From Octopus bimaculoides (lineage: Eukaryota), in the NCBI RefSeq assembly GCF_001194135.2, contig NC_069000.1:2294508-2331635 (forward strand): a stretch of 37,128 nucleotides of DNA. Direction: 5' to 3'. The notes beneath the pieces were generated by a model that made no database searches, had not been told where the DNA came from, and was given only the letters and a program-made list of their open reading frames with translations. Shown here one piece after another: positions 34,405 through 37,128 of the stretch. The first letter of the stretch is position 1, and every line of letters starts with the position of its first letter. The position numbers and the translations under genes are program-made.

Positions 34405-34490
34405 ATCTTTCACGTCCTTCAGTCATTGAACTGCGGCCATACTGGAGCACCACCTTGAAGGGTTTTAGTCGAAGAAATCGACTCCAGAAC
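34405..34490 (-). mobile_element. SINE family 1 3' end
   Basis: ttcagtcattgaactgcggccatactggagcaccaccttgaagggttttagtcgaagaaatcgactccag, followed by TA/CA arrays. Confidence 0.85.
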
Positions 34491-34499
34491 ACCAGTGCA

Positions 34500-34660
<161 letters not shown>

Positions 34661-34820
34661 CGATATATATGTTATGTAATGTATAAGTTAGATGTGTTAA
34701 GCCCTCTAAGGGATAGAAGTATCCAGAGGCACACCTAGTAATTACCTCAGTAAGTATGGCCCTTGGTATAAGGTATACGGCTGCAGGTAGTTTAAGAGCC
34801 GTAGTTTAAAGTATATATAG

Positions 34821-35218
34821 ACGATAAGGAAATGGAGTAAAAACAACAAATAGAAGTGTGTCTGTGGTGCTAAAAAGCCATTATTTAATTAAGTAAGCAA
34901 GGTGAGGGTAAGAGTGAGTTTTCAGCTATTTCTGTGTACCAAAGTCGAGGTAAATATGTATTTACCTCGTTGCAAATGATAGACGGCATCAGAACGAAGA
35001 AGGCAGAGATAGACAAACAGAAGAATAGAGCGAAAGACAGAGGGAGAATTTGGAAAAGAAAATGTTCAATGAAATAAATACGTATTTATTTCAACTATGG
35101 TACACAGAAACAGCTGTGAACTCACTCTTACCCTCACCTTGTTTAATTAATTAAACAATGGCTTTTTAGCACCACAGACGCACTTCTGTTTGTTGTTTTT
35201 CCTCTATTCTCTTATCGT
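34821..35218. mobile_element. Foldback/MITE-like element with ~150-bp terminal inverted repeats
   Basis: 34821-34970 versus the reverse complement of 35069-35218 aligns without gaps at 130/150 identities (counted by hand). Purine-rich ~95-bp spacer, TA-rich flanks, no coding capacity seen. TSD not resolvable. Confidence 0.85.
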
Positions 35219-35556
35219 ATGCATATATATATCTTTCATAATATATTGACATCGTTTATGTGTCATTTGTGTCTAAGACCTATTTAGAATTATATAATTT
35301 CTATGTAAATTTTAAGAAATTATTCCAAAGTAAATTTAGGTTTTCATTAAAATTGACATTACTTATTCAAGAGTTTTCTAATGTCGATGCATAATTCAAT
35401 GTTTCTTATTCTCAAACACAATCATAAAATATTTATATTTGCAATTCATGTGACATATATTTATTTGATTTCTACATTATTGTAAACATTAACGAAATTC
35501 TGATAGCGAGTTAAACAATACATAATCGTGTAGTAGTTCTATTCTTTTCCAGACAA

Positions 35557-35600
35557 ACACACACACACACACACACACATACACACACACGCGTACATAC
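35557..35600. repeat. (CA)n microsatellite
   Basis: Directly visible. Confidence 0.9.
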
Positions 35601-36419
35601 ACGTTCGCACTCTCTCATATATACTCCTATATGAATATATATGTAGACATATGAATTGTTAGAACCTCTCTTGCATACATTGCAGCTCGTTAAATCTTGT
35701 GTTGAAGCTTTCAGTCGGTAGTTGAAAATCCAGTGTAGATTCAACTCGCTCTACGAACACCAAATAAAGCAAACCTTTCCAGGTAGAGACTTAGAGTCTC
35801 GAGAAAAACACCAATGTCTAACGACATGGAGAATTTTATAAGGGGACATAGTGAAATTACTTGAGATATTGGCGTCCCCTACTATAATGATCCCAAGAAT
35901 GAGCAGTCTTTTGGAGTTCCTTGTGCTCATTACTTATACAAGCGTGAGGTATCTAACTAGCTTTGACAGGGTACTCTAGATTATTTCTACTGTATGATTT
36001 ATTAACCTCTGATCTTCCTTCCTGTGAGAAAAGACTTCAAATAATCGTAGCATAAGCTGCTTCTATGCACTCCTTCTGAGCTTTCAAACATTTCATGTTC
36101 TTTCGCTTATATATTCATGAATCGCTTTCGTTTTGATACATGCTGCATCGATTTGTTTAGTTATACCTATTGTAGGTAGGTTATATTTGCATAATTTTTA
36201 TTTATAATTATATTTTTGTTTTGTGAAAAATACCATTGCTGGAAACCCTTTGTCATCATTATGTTACTTTCTCTATACAAGTATTTGTGTAATCGAAATC
36301 CGGCATTGGACTCTTTGCAAAATGTGGTACAAAGGTCATTCGGTGTCTATTGTTAGTAAAGCATTAAATATATCACGAGTCATCACATTCCTACATCCGT
36401 TTAATCTCTCTCGCTTTCT

Positions 36420-36565
36420 TCCTATCTGTCTTTCTGTCTGTCTCCCTGTCTCTCTCTCTCTCTCCCTGTCTCTCTCTCTCTCCCTGTCTTTCTCTCTCTC
36501 CCTGTCTCTCTCTCTCTCCCTTCTATCTTTGTATATATATCTATCTGTCTATCTATCTATATATT
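36420..36565. repeat. Polypyrimidine (CT)n array with higher-order ccctgt(ct)n units, then (TATC)n
   Basis: Directly visible. Confidence 0.92.
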
Positions 36566-37084
36566 TCTGCATACATATATATGATTCTGTTTGAAACAAA
36601 GAGGAAAATGAGAGAAAATGATAAAAATTATGCTTGTTTCACCTTGTAAACCTTTACGTAAAATGCAAAATCTATATCGGCTCCAGAGGAAGCAAATGCT
36701 AAAAAACTGAAGCAGTAATGGAACCGACTAGGATAAATGACCCATATATTTTCCCTGCATGTAGTAAGTATGAATACTATATACTGCATCATTATAAAGA
36801 ATCCTCTATTATGTTCCAGGTGATATTTTGGTTTACTAATATGTGATAAATAAAACATCGAAATAGCAGAGATTGTATTATAAACGTTAATGGATATACA
36901 GCATGAAAGTTCGGAACCATTATACTGTAAAAATCGTATCCGTGTAAACGGATTTGTTACCTAGAAATATGCTTCCGGTGTCGAATTTTGCATTGCATTG
37001 CAGATAATATAAGAATATTTATTCCATAGGTTCACTGGAATAAAAGGTTGCAATACCATTCGCTAAAATACAAACATATACGGA

Positions 37085-37091
37085 GATATAC

Positions 37092-37128
<37 letters not shown>
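37085..37128. repeat. (TACA)n/(TA)n microsatellite at window end
   Basis: Directly visible. Confidence 0.92.

Overview
AT-rich, microsatellite-saturated eukaryotic DNA from a gapped draft assembly, with four N gaps. It is most likely octopus (coleoid cephalopod); this is an inference from recalled Octopus SINE and Dong/R4 LINE consensus sequences plus the heavy (TA)n/(CA)n/(AAT)n load. I find no intact protein-coding gene, RNA gene or CRISPR array, and the long ORFs in the track are artefacts of gaps and simple repeats. Supported content: (1) about a dozen copies or fragments of three tRNA-derived SINE families. (2) Two Dong/R4-clade LINE remnants: an old ~1.4 kb RT + zinc-knuckle + endonuclease piece (~8990-10420) and a better preserved 3' end (25531-25910) flanked on both sides by (AAT)n arrays. 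(3) A 398-bp foldback/MITE-like element (34821-35218) with gapless ~87% identical arms and nested palindromes carrying compensatory changes. (4) A heavily decayed minus-strand multi-exon gene that I could not identify. It is best supported at ~19.6-25.3 kb, where splice phases match across three junctions, and may extend through 16.7, 13.1-10.4 and 6.1-0.3 kb, which would imply a protein of thousands of residues. (5) Weaker plus-strand coding-like debris at ~29.9-36 kb. All translations were done by eye, and approximate boundaries are flagged as such.
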